Below, piece by piece: positions 28,400 to 39,590 of a stretch of 64,000 nucleotides of DNA. The translations under genes and the position numbers were made by a program. Position 1 is the stretch's first letter, and each line of letters begins with the position of its first letter. Origin of the DNA: the human T2T-CHM13v2.0 reference genome, Homo sapiens; the NCBI RefSeq assembly GCF_009914755.1, contig NC_060929.1; one strand, written 5' to 3'. The notes below the pieces were generated by a model that saw nothing but the letters and a program-made list of their open reading frames with translations, was not told the origin of the DNA and searched no databases.

Positions 28400-28700
28400 T
28401 CATATGTAAGTAAACGTTACAGAATGAAAACATGGTAGAATAAAATAAAGCACAGGCTTTTTAAGTTTAAAATACATATATATGTGTGCGTGTGTGTGTA
28501 TATATATGTATGTATATATAAGTGTATATATATGTATGTGTATATATATATATATATATACACACACATATTTACTGGCTTTAAAAGGTCTAAAAGAACT
28601 TTCACCAAACAGTACAATGGATCTCACTGCATGATGGGCTTATGTATGGATTATTACTTTTTTAATAAACAGTTAAAGCTTTGCAATAAGGAAAAAAAAA
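28400..28700 (+). other. Putative L1 3'-transduced segment with its own poly(A) signal and tail
   Basis: AATAAA at 28664-28669, A9 at 28692-28700, TSD aaattgcataatcct at 27735-27749 and 28698-28712. Confidence 0.8.
28472..28572. repeat. Compound (TA)/(TG)/(CA) microsatellite
   Basis: Directly visible. Confidence 0.92.
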
Positions 28701-29581
28701 TTGCATAATCCTAAATCTTTAATTGTCTTATCAATACAGGTTGTCTCTTTCATTAAAGACTGAGAGTTTAAAATGCAGAATTCACCCAGAGAAGACAGCC
28801 TTGATTCTAAGTAGTTGGGAGGGTTGCAGGAATAGAGAAAATACAGCCCACTATGCAAAAGCCTTCACAGGAGACAGACAACATGAAATTGGCTGAACCA
28901 GAGGCTCCAGTTCTAATGACTTGGCCAAGCCTCAAGGGTTCCACACACATTCCTTCCAGGCTGGTATCTGACCTACCCTGTGATCAATCTTTGGTCCCCT
29001 CAATAATTCCCTCTCCTTCCTACAGCCTTTCTCCTTCCATATTATCTCCACAACCTAGCGTATTCCTACTGCTCAGAAAAGCTACTGTGGCATTTTGATG
29101 GTGGGGAGAGTCAAAGCCTCCTGCAGCTGTGACCTCCAATGAACAGAAAGGTATGAGGGTCATCACAGCAAAGAATGTTAGGCTCACTGACACAATACAT
29201 TCCACAGATACTCCACACGTGTAGCCAAGTACCTTCGAATGGGAAGTCTCTCCCATGTTTAGAGACAGTTCATTTAGGAGCTGAGAGATTTCTCTCTATA
29301 ACCATAATTGAGTTCTCTCTTTCAGCACAAGGGCTGTGTACTTTAATGCTCATGCCATGACTGGATATATAAAGACAAGAAGAAAGTCTGGAAATGCTCT
29401 GAAACTGGCTGTAGTTAGGGAAAGGTCCCACAACTTTCAAAGAGATTTGGGACCCTCAACAATGAAAAAAGCATTTCCTGCAGAAGTAAACTAACTCACT
29501 AATTGTTTTTCTTCTCCAAGATGCCTTCTGATATCCATATATTACTACTAGCATTAGTACTTCTTATAAATGAAAACAGTG

Positions 29582-29876
29582 GGCTGGGTATGGTGGCTCA
29601 TGTCTGTAATCCCAGCACCTTGGGAGCCTTAGGCAAATGGATCACTTGAGCCTAGAAGTTGGAGATCAGCCTGGGCAGACCCCAACGCTACGAAAATTTT
29701 TTTAAAAATTAGCCTTGCACATTGGCATGTGCCCATAGTCCCAGCTACTCAGGAGGCTGAGGTCAGAATGCAGCTTGAGCCCGAGAGGTCAAGGCTGCAG
29801 TGAGCTGTGATCATGCCACTGCATTCCAGTCTGGATGACAGCCAGATCCTGTCTCAAATTAATAAAAAAAGAAAAA
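29582..29876 (+). mobile_element. AluJ
   Basis: Diverged Alu dimer with J-type gaggtcaaggctgcagtgagctgtgat. Confidence 0.9.
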
Positions 29877-32800
29877 GTGAATAGTGTCAAATACTGTGAT
29901 GTTAAGATAAAAATATTTTAGGCAAGAATATGTTTCCTGCCATGGAGTTGACTCTTACTTCTTAAAATGTACTACAGTTTCTGATCACCAGTAACTCTCC
30001 AATGACAAATGTGCATTAAAACATTGTTTTATTTCAAAGTTTCCTCCTCCCCAGAAGGCCAATATTTAGTCTAGGCTTAAGAGAGGAGACCCAAAGTACC
30101 TCCACCCGGGTTCCAAACCAAATGAAGGTTTGATGGGCTGGAGACTGAGCATTCTCAGGCATTTACCTGTCGTGGATACAGGTATATACTCTGTATCTGT
30201 GAGCCAATGAGAAGCAAGAATGCTGAGGCCCTTTTGCCCCACAACAGCCTCAGACTATGGTACACTTACTGAATACGTCCCTCCCACAATTACTAAAACT
30301 ATGAGACCTAGAAATACCAGAGGGAGAGGGAGACAGGACCTAGGGGCTGAGACTTCAGTGATGCTGTGAGAAGTCACATGGCCAGGTAAAGAATACATAG
30401 TACCCAAAAGGTCTGAAGTTTAGTTGTCACTCTGCCATTGATCTGCTATGAGCTCCAGAAAAACCCACAGCCTTTCTGGGTTCAGTGTTTTCATTTGGTA
30501 GCATAACATAAAGGAATTATACCGGAATGCTCTGATGTTTCCTCAGGTCTCAAATGTTATTTAGTCCAGCCAACCTCATCCCACTCTTATTATATTGATC
30601 AAAATACTGTTCATAGCATAATTTCACAATAAATAAATTAATAAGCAAATTGTTTCATTGCTTCATGTTCTAAGAAGATTAAAAAAAAAAAGGTGAGAAA
30701 GTCAATTTCGTACTTTTGGAAATGAATATTTGGAAGTTTGGAAGTACTTCAGTAATTTTTCTAGGCTACAACTAAGCACAATACCAACAAAACATAGAGA
30801 CTCAAATCAAAATGCATTAGGTTTCCAGAACTTGGAGAATTACAGTTTCTTTTTAATATCTTCTCCTTATAAAGCCTGTCAAACACTAAAATTCTGTTGA
30901 CCATTTTTTATTTTTCTATATTAAAAGAATGCTGAGGTACAAATGTATGAGAAAATTAATATTTGGTTTTTATTTATTTGTATTTTATTTATTTTCTTTT
31001 TTGTAAATGGTCTCAGATACTTTCTTTTGCTAAATGGTGTGATACAGATAAATCCAATAAATATAATAATTTACTTAATTCATTATCATCAGGAAGGCCT
31101 GGAATTAAAATTCTTGATTTTGAGTTTATAACGGTTTCATTTCACTTATTACCTCTACATATGATCATTTTAAATGTCAGACTAATTGAACTACTGAATT
31201 GAATGCAGGCTGTTAGCATTAAATGAGACTCATGCAATAGAATATAAAGGTATTACACTGTCCCTATTTTGTGCACTGTTTAATAATCTTAGGTACTTAG
31301 AATTTTTAGATGTGCTTCTAATAAATATTTTTGTAGATACGTCTTGACACAAGTGTTATAAATGTTTCTTACAGATATAAAGATCATTTCAAAGTTTACT
31401 CTCATAGATTTCTGATACGTGTAAATTCCAATGTAGCTCATAACCATCCAAATATTTCAAGTCTCAGAAATGCAGATTACAATAGTCACTGTTACCCTGA
31501 GATTTTCAAAGCTGATTTTCTACCAGTGATCAGTGGGGCCATACATATATTTCTACTGCAAATATTCTGGAAGGCTCTGCTCTCTGGAATTCCCATTCCA
31601 CACTGATCCAATAAAATCTGACTTTACAGATTTTCAACACGTACCATGAACCAATCCCTCCTCCTCGGCTGCTCTCCAACTCAATAATGGCAGTCACATT
31701 CATTACATTTAGTGAGTCAGACTTTCCGCCGTGCCTAAGTCACTCCCAGTTAGTATGGCAGGTGTGCGATGAGTGACGTTAGCTGTTTCAGGAGTCTAAA
31801 AAACCGTGTAAGTTTAAAGCAGCCATGGTAATGCCCTACTGGCCTGAAAGAGTAAACCCACCCTCCATTAATGCCTCACATATGACTTCTGTGTTGGAGA
31901 GAAAAGAATGCAGAACATGTTCTTTTAAAAAATAAAGCAAAGGCTTATTATAATCAGAGGATTTGTTCAAAATATTTATAAGTCACTTTAAATAACACAG
32001 TTGTTTCCTATTTTTGCCATTGGAAATAGTGGGATGTTAAGGTAGAAAAAATAAGAAGAAATTAGTCTTTATGACACTGGAGATTTCATCTCTTTTTTAA
32101 AAACTGCCCAGAAATAACATTAAGCATCTATCTCAAAACCACAAAACCAATAAATACAGAGTTAGAAATGCCACTACATCCTTATTATCCCTTGGTTAGT
32201 GTGCCTTGCCCTTTTTCTCTGTTCACAGTTGCATAATTATTTTCTCCCTGGAGAACATGGAGGTCAATCTAAAGTCAAGACTGGCTCTAAATGAATGTGC
32301 TGTCTATGATACCTGGCTCTCCTTCCAACAAGACAAATGTGGTTGTGCTACATAAACACACAGGAGAAGGCCAGTCACACTGCAAGTCACAAATTTACAG
32401 GCATATGAAATAAGACATCCCAGAGTCCGTGACTGTGAGGCTGATAACTAATGAGCTCTCCAATTAGAACTTGGAGAACTGGTTATACACTTTGGAAACA
32501 GAATAAAATAATCAAAACTTTTAAGGTCAGAGATACAGAATTTTTCAAGGTCTAAGATTCATACTTTGGAAATCTACTGCACACTATTGAGGTTCAGGGT
32601 CTGGAAACCCTAAATTTAAACGTCTTCCAAAAAGCAAAAAAAAAAAAAAACTCAAGCCCCTTTGTAAGAGTTCTGTCTTTTAAAAGTTTGTTAACTTAGG
32701 TCAACACTAAATCCGCGAGAATGCTCCTTTCGTATCTAGGTTATGTGGTTGTTGATATAAAACCAGAAATAAGAAAGTGGTTTTATATAAATGCCTAAGA

Positions 32801-33219
32801 AATCTTGATCTTCATAAGGCCCAAACCTCAAGCAGAGTTAAAAGCCTGATAATTTGCATAATAACATGTGGTCTCATCTGGATTTTTTACAGAAAAAGTG
32901 GTTTTGAGTTATCTAGATAATTGCTCTACTCCTCCCCTCTTCCAATTTGTATTAATAGACATAGAAAGATAAAACTTTCAATTATCTTTGAAATCTTTAT
33001 CATTATTGCCCTTCAACAGAGTCTAGAAGTGAAGTCTGAACTGACTCAAACCGGTTGAGTCTTCCCCACTATTCAAATGGGGCCGCGTCCCGATTATCAG
33101 TGCAATGTGATCACTTGATTTTAAACGCAACTATGCGTCCAAATGGCTGAGTGCAAGAGGTCGGCCGGAGATAGGGCCGAGTGCGCTGCCCCAAGCTGCG
33201 ATCCCTGCCAAGCACTCAC

Positions 33220-33302
33220 GGACAATGCACTGGTTTCCTCCAGGGAGCGTCTTCCATCCAGGGCAGCAGTAGGAGTGGAATCTGGAGCCGCACACGTTGG
33301 GC
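33220..33302 (-). CDS. FBN2: Fibrillin-2 coding exon 2 (4-Cys domain)
   Basis: Acceptor cacag|G, donor TCC|gtgagt. 83 nt, [27 protein letters not shown], in frame with exon 1. Confidence 0.97.
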
Positions 33303-34167
33303 CTGTGATGGACAAGCGCGGTCACGTAACAGATAGGTAGAGGGATGCAGCAACATATAAACGGTCTTCGTAAGCAATGCCCCGAGCGAGTAGATTTCAG
33401 GACAACAAACAAATCAAAATTACACTTCAAATTATTGGAGATCGGGAGGCAGACGTGGAAGCAAAAGAGCTAGATGCTGGAATGCAGGAGGGTCAGAAAT
33501 GTCTAAACACTGCCTTTCATCTGTCGTCCCTTGCCTGCCTTTTTAAAGGGCGAAAAGAGGCATGGAAACATATAATTTGCTACTATTCTAGCTTCCAGAT
33601 GCAGAGAACAAAGGGACCATTCCGTTCCAAAGAATCCTTGCCCTCCTTCCCAAATCCATTCCTCCTTGGTCAACTGTTACTTTGGCCCCGACGTGTCAAG
33701 GAAAGCGCGTCGCAAGGTGGAGCGCTCGGGTTGACGATGAGAAGGTGAGCTGTGAACCCTGCACACGTCCTCAAACAAAAGGCTCACGAGCGGCGGCCCC
33801 GACGTGGGGAGCAAGCAGGCTTCTCTGGCCCCTGCAGCAGGCGGACCCAGGCCCGCCTGCCGCCGGACATTCAGAACCTGTTCCCGCAGCGCGAGCTCTG
33901 CACACGCTCTGCGATCGGCACCCCTGGACCCCCTAACCACCCGCCGCCCAACCCCCGGAGAGAGGGCTTTCCGCCCGCTGAGCTGCGGGGTTGGGAAGGA
34001 AAAGGGGGACGCGCTCCTGGGGGTCTTTGGATATTCTGGCAAAGGGGGCTGCAGCTCTAGGCTCCAGCTAAAGGGTCTGGGACGGAGTGGGCCAGAAAGC
34101 CGCCAAACTGAGGATTCCCCCCTCCCCCAAGCCGGAGCCCTAGGTGCGGAGCCGCTTGCCCACTTAC

Positions 34168-34421
34168 CCTCGGAGCACGTCCTGCTGTCCTCGCCGGCGG
34201 ACGCGGCTGGCCACTGCGGCACCCTCCTCGCGATACTCGGGCGCTAGAAACCCGCCTTCAGAGCCTGCTGTAGCGGACCGAACCTGTTGCGGCGGCGGCT
34301 GGGGCCGGGGCGGCTTGGGCGGAGGAGGCTGAGGCTGGCCGGCCGTGCCCTGCGCCCAGAGCACCACACAGCCCAGCCACAGGAAGTAGAGCTGGAGACA
34401 CAGCCTCCGTCTTCTCCCCAT
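34168..34421 (-). CDS. FBN2: Fibrillin-2 coding exon 1 (signal peptide, Pro-rich stretch, furin-type RVRR site)
   Basis: ATG at 34421 in GGCGATGG context. Translates MGRRRRLCLQLYFLWLGCVVLWAQGTAGQPQPPPPK...SRVRRRGQQDVLRG, recognised as the FBN2 N-terminus. 254 nt, ends at donor AGG|gtaagt. Confidence 0.98.
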
Positions 34422-34629
34422 CGCCGGCGCCGAAAGCGCGCGGCCGTAGACCCGCGGAGAGGGAGTGATCAAAGACAAAATCTGCGCGCCTCAGAAAAGA
34501 GTCAGGGTCTAATAAGCCCTTCGTCGGCTCCGGGGACTCCCTCGGGCTCGGGCTCCCTGCTCTAGCTGGAGACCTCGACAGAGCGCCGGCCCCCTGACTG
34601 CCCGCGAAGCGAGACGCGGGGCGCCGGGT

Positions 34630-34695
34630 CTAGCGCAGTGAGCGGCGAGGCGCGGCGGAGGTGCAGCCGGCAGCCCCGAGCGGTACACGTTGCAT
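34630..34695 (-). other. uORF in the FBN2 5' leader (21 aa)
   Basis: Only ATG seen on the minus strand between 34422 and ~35060. ggttATGc context, MQRVPLGAAGCTSAAPRRSLR-TAG, out of frame with the main ATG. Confidence 0.6.
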
Positions 34696-34860
34696 AACCG
34701 GCCTAAAGCCCCGAGCGACTCCAGGACCGTCAGCGGGCGGGGGAGGAAATTACAAAAGCCCTGGCGTAAAATTTCAAAAAATGTGAACCTCAAAAGAAAA
34801 AAGGGCCTGCACGCAGAGCTCGGCGGATTCCCGTGCGCTCCGAAGACGGATATTGGAAAG

Positions 34861-34925
34861 CTGCAAAAGTCACCAGAAAGAAACAGGCAAGCAAACAAAA
34901 GTCGCCCCCAGAAGAAGAGGAGGGT
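34861..34925 (-). promoter_or_regulatory. Strong 3' splice site inside the first-exon/leader region
   Basis: Minus strand reads cctcttcttct...gacttttgtttgcttgcctgtttctttctggtgacttttgcag|CTTTCC; an exon would start at 34860. Confidence 0.6.
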
Positions 34926-35199
34926 TCCCTCCGGGCTCGCTCGGAGTCCCACAGGGCAACGAAGCGCGGGTAGCGGCTGCGGAGCCGGGCGGAGGTGCGC
35001 GGGGCCGGGGCGTGCGGCCAGCAAGAGAGAGGGCGGGAGGCTGGGCGCTGGAGAAGATGCGGCGGTGGAGGGCGCGGCGCGGGGGTTTTAGAGGCCCGGC
35101 GGGGCGCGGGGCGGGCCGGCGGGCGGCGGCTGTCAGTGGGGGCGCGGCCGTCCACACGTGGGGCTCAACCCGGACTGAGAGGCCGGCGCAGAGTGGGCG

Positions 35200-35460
35200 G
35201 GGACAGAGTAAGGGAGAGATCGGGACTGAGGAACGAGGGGAACCAGGGTTGGGTGAGGGGAAGAGGAAGGAAGGGGGGGAGGGCGAAGGGAGGGAAGAGG
35301 ACGGAGATTGGGGAGAAGGGGGGCGAACCCGAGAGGAAGGCCGGGCTGGAAGAGGGACTTGGAAAGAGGGATTGGCGAGCCCGGGTGCGAGAGGAAATGA
35401 GCGGGGGATGGGGGCGAAGTTAGGGCAAAGAGAGAAGTGGGAAAGGAGAGGGAGGGCCAA
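35200..35460 (+). repeat. G/A-rich low-complexity tract in the promoter
   Basis: Strongly purine-biased + strand with many GGG runs. Confidence 0.75.
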
Positions 35461-36515
35461 GGTCCGGGCGCCGAGAGGAGGGGCCCGGGGGGCCGGCTGG
35501 AGGGGGCGAGGCGCTAGGCGGCTTTGCTTCCCGTCCCCGTCAATTGGCCGCTAGCTCTGTTTTGACTGCCTGTACAAAGCGAGTAGACGGCGGGGGATGG
35601 GGCGATTAGGGACCGGATTTGGGAAAGGAGGCAGCAGCCCCTTCCCCTCCCCCTCCGTCCTCGCCCGGCCGCGGACCAGGGACTAGGGTGCCTAAGCGCG
35701 CCAGGCTTGGCCGGACCCGCAGCTGAACTGACCCGCAGCTGAACTTCCCCGCCGGACAGAGGCCGCAAGGTTGAGGATGAGAACGGGTCTTTCTGTAGGG
35801 TCCCGGCCCCTGACCTGGGATGGGGGGATTCGCAGTCAGCCAGGAATAGAGGCTCACGGGGCTGTTGGTTGCAGCCTCAATCCAAGAAGGAGGAGACCTC
35901 CCCTTTGCCCTCCTACCCCCACCGCCCCACCGGGAGCGGCGTCAGTCTGCGGGACCAAATTAGGGGCTGGGAGTTTCCAGATTGAAATGCGCCCTCCACC
36001 ACCAAGAGGGAGCTCACGCGGCCGCGGGGGGCCGAGGCAGCCAGCCGGCGCCGCGGTCCTGGGGAGTCCGTGCAGGGGTGTGCTCTGGTGTGAAACCTGG
36101 CAGGACTCTGCCTGGGCTTGCATGCAGGGAGGGGTTAGAGACTCTGAAATGTACTAGCGGGCAGGGTGGTGACAAGGCGGGTAAATGAGGCTCGGGGCAT
36201 GCCCTTGCTTCCTGGCTTGGACCCCTTCTGATTGATTAAATCCTAGCAATTGGTGCAACCCTCTGTACCTCTTAGAGTGCCTCTCACCGGCCTGCTCTGG
36301 GTTCTTCCTTTGTGGCCCTCCTTTCATGAAATCTCTGTGAAGTCCTGGTCATTTCTCATTTAGTGGAATATCACAATTTAAAAATCAAACACTCCTGAAA
36401 ACAAGGAGAGACCATCCAAGCACAGTTTGCGAAACAGTACAAAAGAGCAGTGTCTGGTTTATTCAAGCCTAGAAAACCTTAGTTTAAAGGGGAAAATGTT
36501 GAATATGTATAGGAG

Positions 36516-36516
<1 letters not shown>

Positions 36517-36547
<31 letters not shown>

Positions 36548-36972
36548 CACGTACATATATACATATATACACATAACATATATATGATATATATCATATA
36601 TCATATATATCATATATCATATATATGATATCATATATATGATAGATCATATATGATATATCATATATATGATAGATCATATATATGATATATATGATAG
36701 ATCATATATGATCTATCATATATATCATATATCATATATCATATATATGATATATATGATAGATCATATATGATCTATCATATATATCATATATCATATA
36801 TATCATATATATCATATATATCATATATATCATATATATCATATATCATATATATCATATATATCGTATATATCATATATCGTATATATCATATATATCA
36901 TATATCATATATATCGTATATATCATATATCATATATATCATATATCATATATATATCATATATCATATATA
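36517..36972. repeat. (GT)n followed by a ~400-bp AT-rich ATATC/ATATATC/ATATG tandem array with palindromes
   Basis: Directly visible. Perfect 52-bp palindromes at 36681-36732 and 36743-36794. Confidence 0.95.
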
Positions 36973-37399
36973 TGTATTTCTGGCCCAAATTGCCCAGATG
37001 TGCTATTTGACAGCCAAAATTCTCCAGTAATTGGCACAACTCCCTCCTTTATTTCTCCATGTAGTCAAAGGGTCTGAAGGTAGTACCCCTTGTTACAGTA
37101 TTCTCATAAAGCAGAAGAAAAGATAAGAGTTACATAATTTCATGTGAGACACCGATTTGTTAAAATCCAGAGAAAGAGCAATACAGTTATTTTCACGTAC
37201 TTCGCTTCAAATAATAAAATTATTTAAACTAAAAGAGCTAACTAATGTAACTATCTCCTGGTTTAAAGCAGTGTTTTAGTCATACCATTTAAAACATCCT
37301 GTATCTGCTTTTTTTGTTGTTGTTGCTGTTGTTTAATACTTACGTGGCTTCATGGTTCATTCCTGTCCATCACATTAAATCTAAATGCTCTAGAATTGC

Positions 37400-39380
37400 C
37401 TATGCCTTTACCCTTTGATCCAGCAATTCCACTTTTAGGAACCTATATAAAAGATACATAGACAAAAAAAAATGAAATGGTGCATACATTTGACTGTTCT
37501 TTGCAGCACTGTTTATAATAGTGAAAGACTAGAAACACAAACTTCCCATGAACAAGCAACTGTTGTGTATGACTTCATCTATTCAGTGAAGTATTATGCA
37601 GCTGTCAAATATGAATGAAGAGAAACTCTGTATGCTCTTAGAGAGTGATCTCTAGCATATACAGTCTACTAAAATAAAAAAAAAGCAAGGTACAGATAGA
37701 CTAGGCAGTTCATTGAGACAAAGTAGAATAAAGGTTACCAGGAGCTCCAGGAAAATGGGAAGGATGAGTTATTGTTTAGTGAGTACAAAGTGGTCTGCCT
37801 AGGATGATGAAAAAGTTAGAAATGGATAATGGTGACGGTGGTCCAACATTGTGCATGTACTTAATGCTACTGAATTGCACGCTTAAAAATGATTAAAATG
37901 GTAAATTTTATGTTATGTCTATTTTTTACAATATTTTTTAAATGAAAGCTGTATAATATTGTATGCTACTTTTTAGGGGTATGAGTGTGTTATAGATTTA
38001 ACAACAAACAAGAAGTATAAACTAAATCTAATAAAAAATGGTTATCTGTAGAGAAAGGGGAGACTATGAGGAAAGAAACAATGGTGGAAGCTAAACCTTT
38101 CTAAATAAACTTAGTTTTATAGTTCTGGCTTTGGAACTATGTTCCAAAGACCTAGAAATAGTGACAACCCAAAAACCATAAGGTCATTGTGACCAGATTG
38201 TGGTTCCTAAATACCATTTCTAAATTAAAGGAATCAGGGTTCCTTGGGTGAGTGGCAGATTCTAAGTCTGGGAAAGGAAATGCATAAAGTGAATCTGGAC
38301 TATCTGTCTTGTCATGCCTGAAAGCAAGAAATTATCTGACTATTAAGGTCATGTCAAAAGGAAACCTGAGCTAAGTTGAAAGAGATCTTGCTGGTTAAGG
38401 ATGGGGAAACTTGAGCATCAAAAAGAAAAAAAAAATGACAGCAAAAGATTGAAATACATGAAGTGTGTCAGTATTCAAGATTTCCGAATGATACTCCAAA
38501 CAAAAATTAGTTGGCCACTTTTGGAGGTTGTTAGGGCACAGCTCACTATTCTAAACGCATCGATAAATAAAATTATTAACCAGTTATTCTTCCTTTGCTA
38601 GAAAGACCCAGAGAAAGTATTTCTTTTGAAAAAAAAAAAAAACCACAGTTGTAAATGCAGGAATGATGGAATTAGAAAAATCACTACTTGTAAACCCTAA
38701 TAAAATAATGGACCTAGGCAACGGTTTTTAACAACTGCTAAAACCATTAGGTAAGAAGTGTTCAACTTGTGGCCATTTTTCCTCAGGGTATATTTGGCAG
38801 TAATTGGAGACATTTTTTATTGTCACAACAAGACAGTGTGTGGGAGTGGTGATGAGAGTATCAGAGATGCTGCTAAACATTCTACGATGTACAGGCCAGT
38901 CTCCCATAGCAAAGCATTATCTGGTCCAAAATACAAATTTACTTGGGAAGCCGTGCATCAAAAAGTCAATTGGGAACTTTTTAGTGAATGTGTCAAGCTG
39001 TTACCACCAGAACCTACTGATTAATTATTAACTTATGAAAAGTAAGACAACCAGACATTATGTTTTTATTTTTATGGTGCAATAGGAGGTACACAGACCA
39101 CCTATGAAATATCTTTGTCAAAAAAACTGAGCCTGAATGTAACCATATCTCTACATTTAACTCCCAGTTTCCAAGAACAATAGAGGACCATGAAACATAT
39201 TAAATGATACCTTGAGAATATAGGTAACCAGATCTAGAATGGGATATACCACAAGACCAAGTTCTTCAAATAAATGACATCAGTAGAGAAGAGGGAGGGG
39301 AACTGTTATGGCACAACCACCAAAAGCAATGCTTGCCCCTTATCTGGGATTTTGATATGAATGTTAGTGAAAAATAACAT
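37400..39380 (+). mobile_element. Cluster of old L1M 3'-end fragments (L1ME-, L1MB- and L1MC-like)
   Basis: ccctttgatccagcaattccacttttagga at ~37410 and an L1MB-type 3' UTR at 37708-37940. Boundaries approximate. Confidence 0.6.
38758..38935 (+). mobile_element. MER20 fragment
   Basis: ggagacattttttattgtcacaac...gatgctgctaaacattctacgatgtacagg...ttatctggtccaaaat. Confidence 0.75.
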
Positions 39381-39424
39381 TTTTGATGCTATCATCCAGT
39401 CTAGTAAGTCTTATTTATATGGTT

Positions 39425-39590
39425 GCAGCTACAGTCAATATATAACTGCAACTGCGTGAGACACCCCAAGTAAGAACTACCCAGGCAAACTCTTCTGAGT
39501 TCCTGACCCATAAAAGGCTAAGGCAAAATAAATTTTTTAAACCTATAACTTTAGGGGTAATTTGTTATGTAGTGATAGAACACTGAACTG
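39425..39590 (+). mobile_element. MLT1-type LTR 3' fragment
   Basis: ttcctgacccata...aaataaatt...ttttaaacc...ggggtaatttgttatgtagtgatag. Confidence 0.6.

Larger units (their letters stand above)
33060..36080. promoter_or_regulatory. CpG island / FBN2 promoter covering exons 1-2
   Basis: Abrupt rise in GC and CpG density. Several GGGCGG boxes (e.g. 34735, 34987, 35031) and CCAAT on the minus strand at 35543-35547. No obvious TATA box. Confidence 0.92.

Noticed and set aside
33044-33060. Small inverted repeat actcaa-accgg-ttgagt
   Set aside because: 6-bp arms are expected by chance.
33377-36188. Long ORFs on both strands (up to 233 aa) around exon 1
   Set aside because: Expected in stop-poor GC-rich island DNA. 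They are low-complexity R/G/P/A translations, many with non-ATG starts; only the FBN2 frame has splice support.
36770-37030. ORF with ISY/IYH repeats
   Set aside because: Translation of the AT-rich tandem array. The same applies to ORFs over 28400-28708 and 56878-57183.
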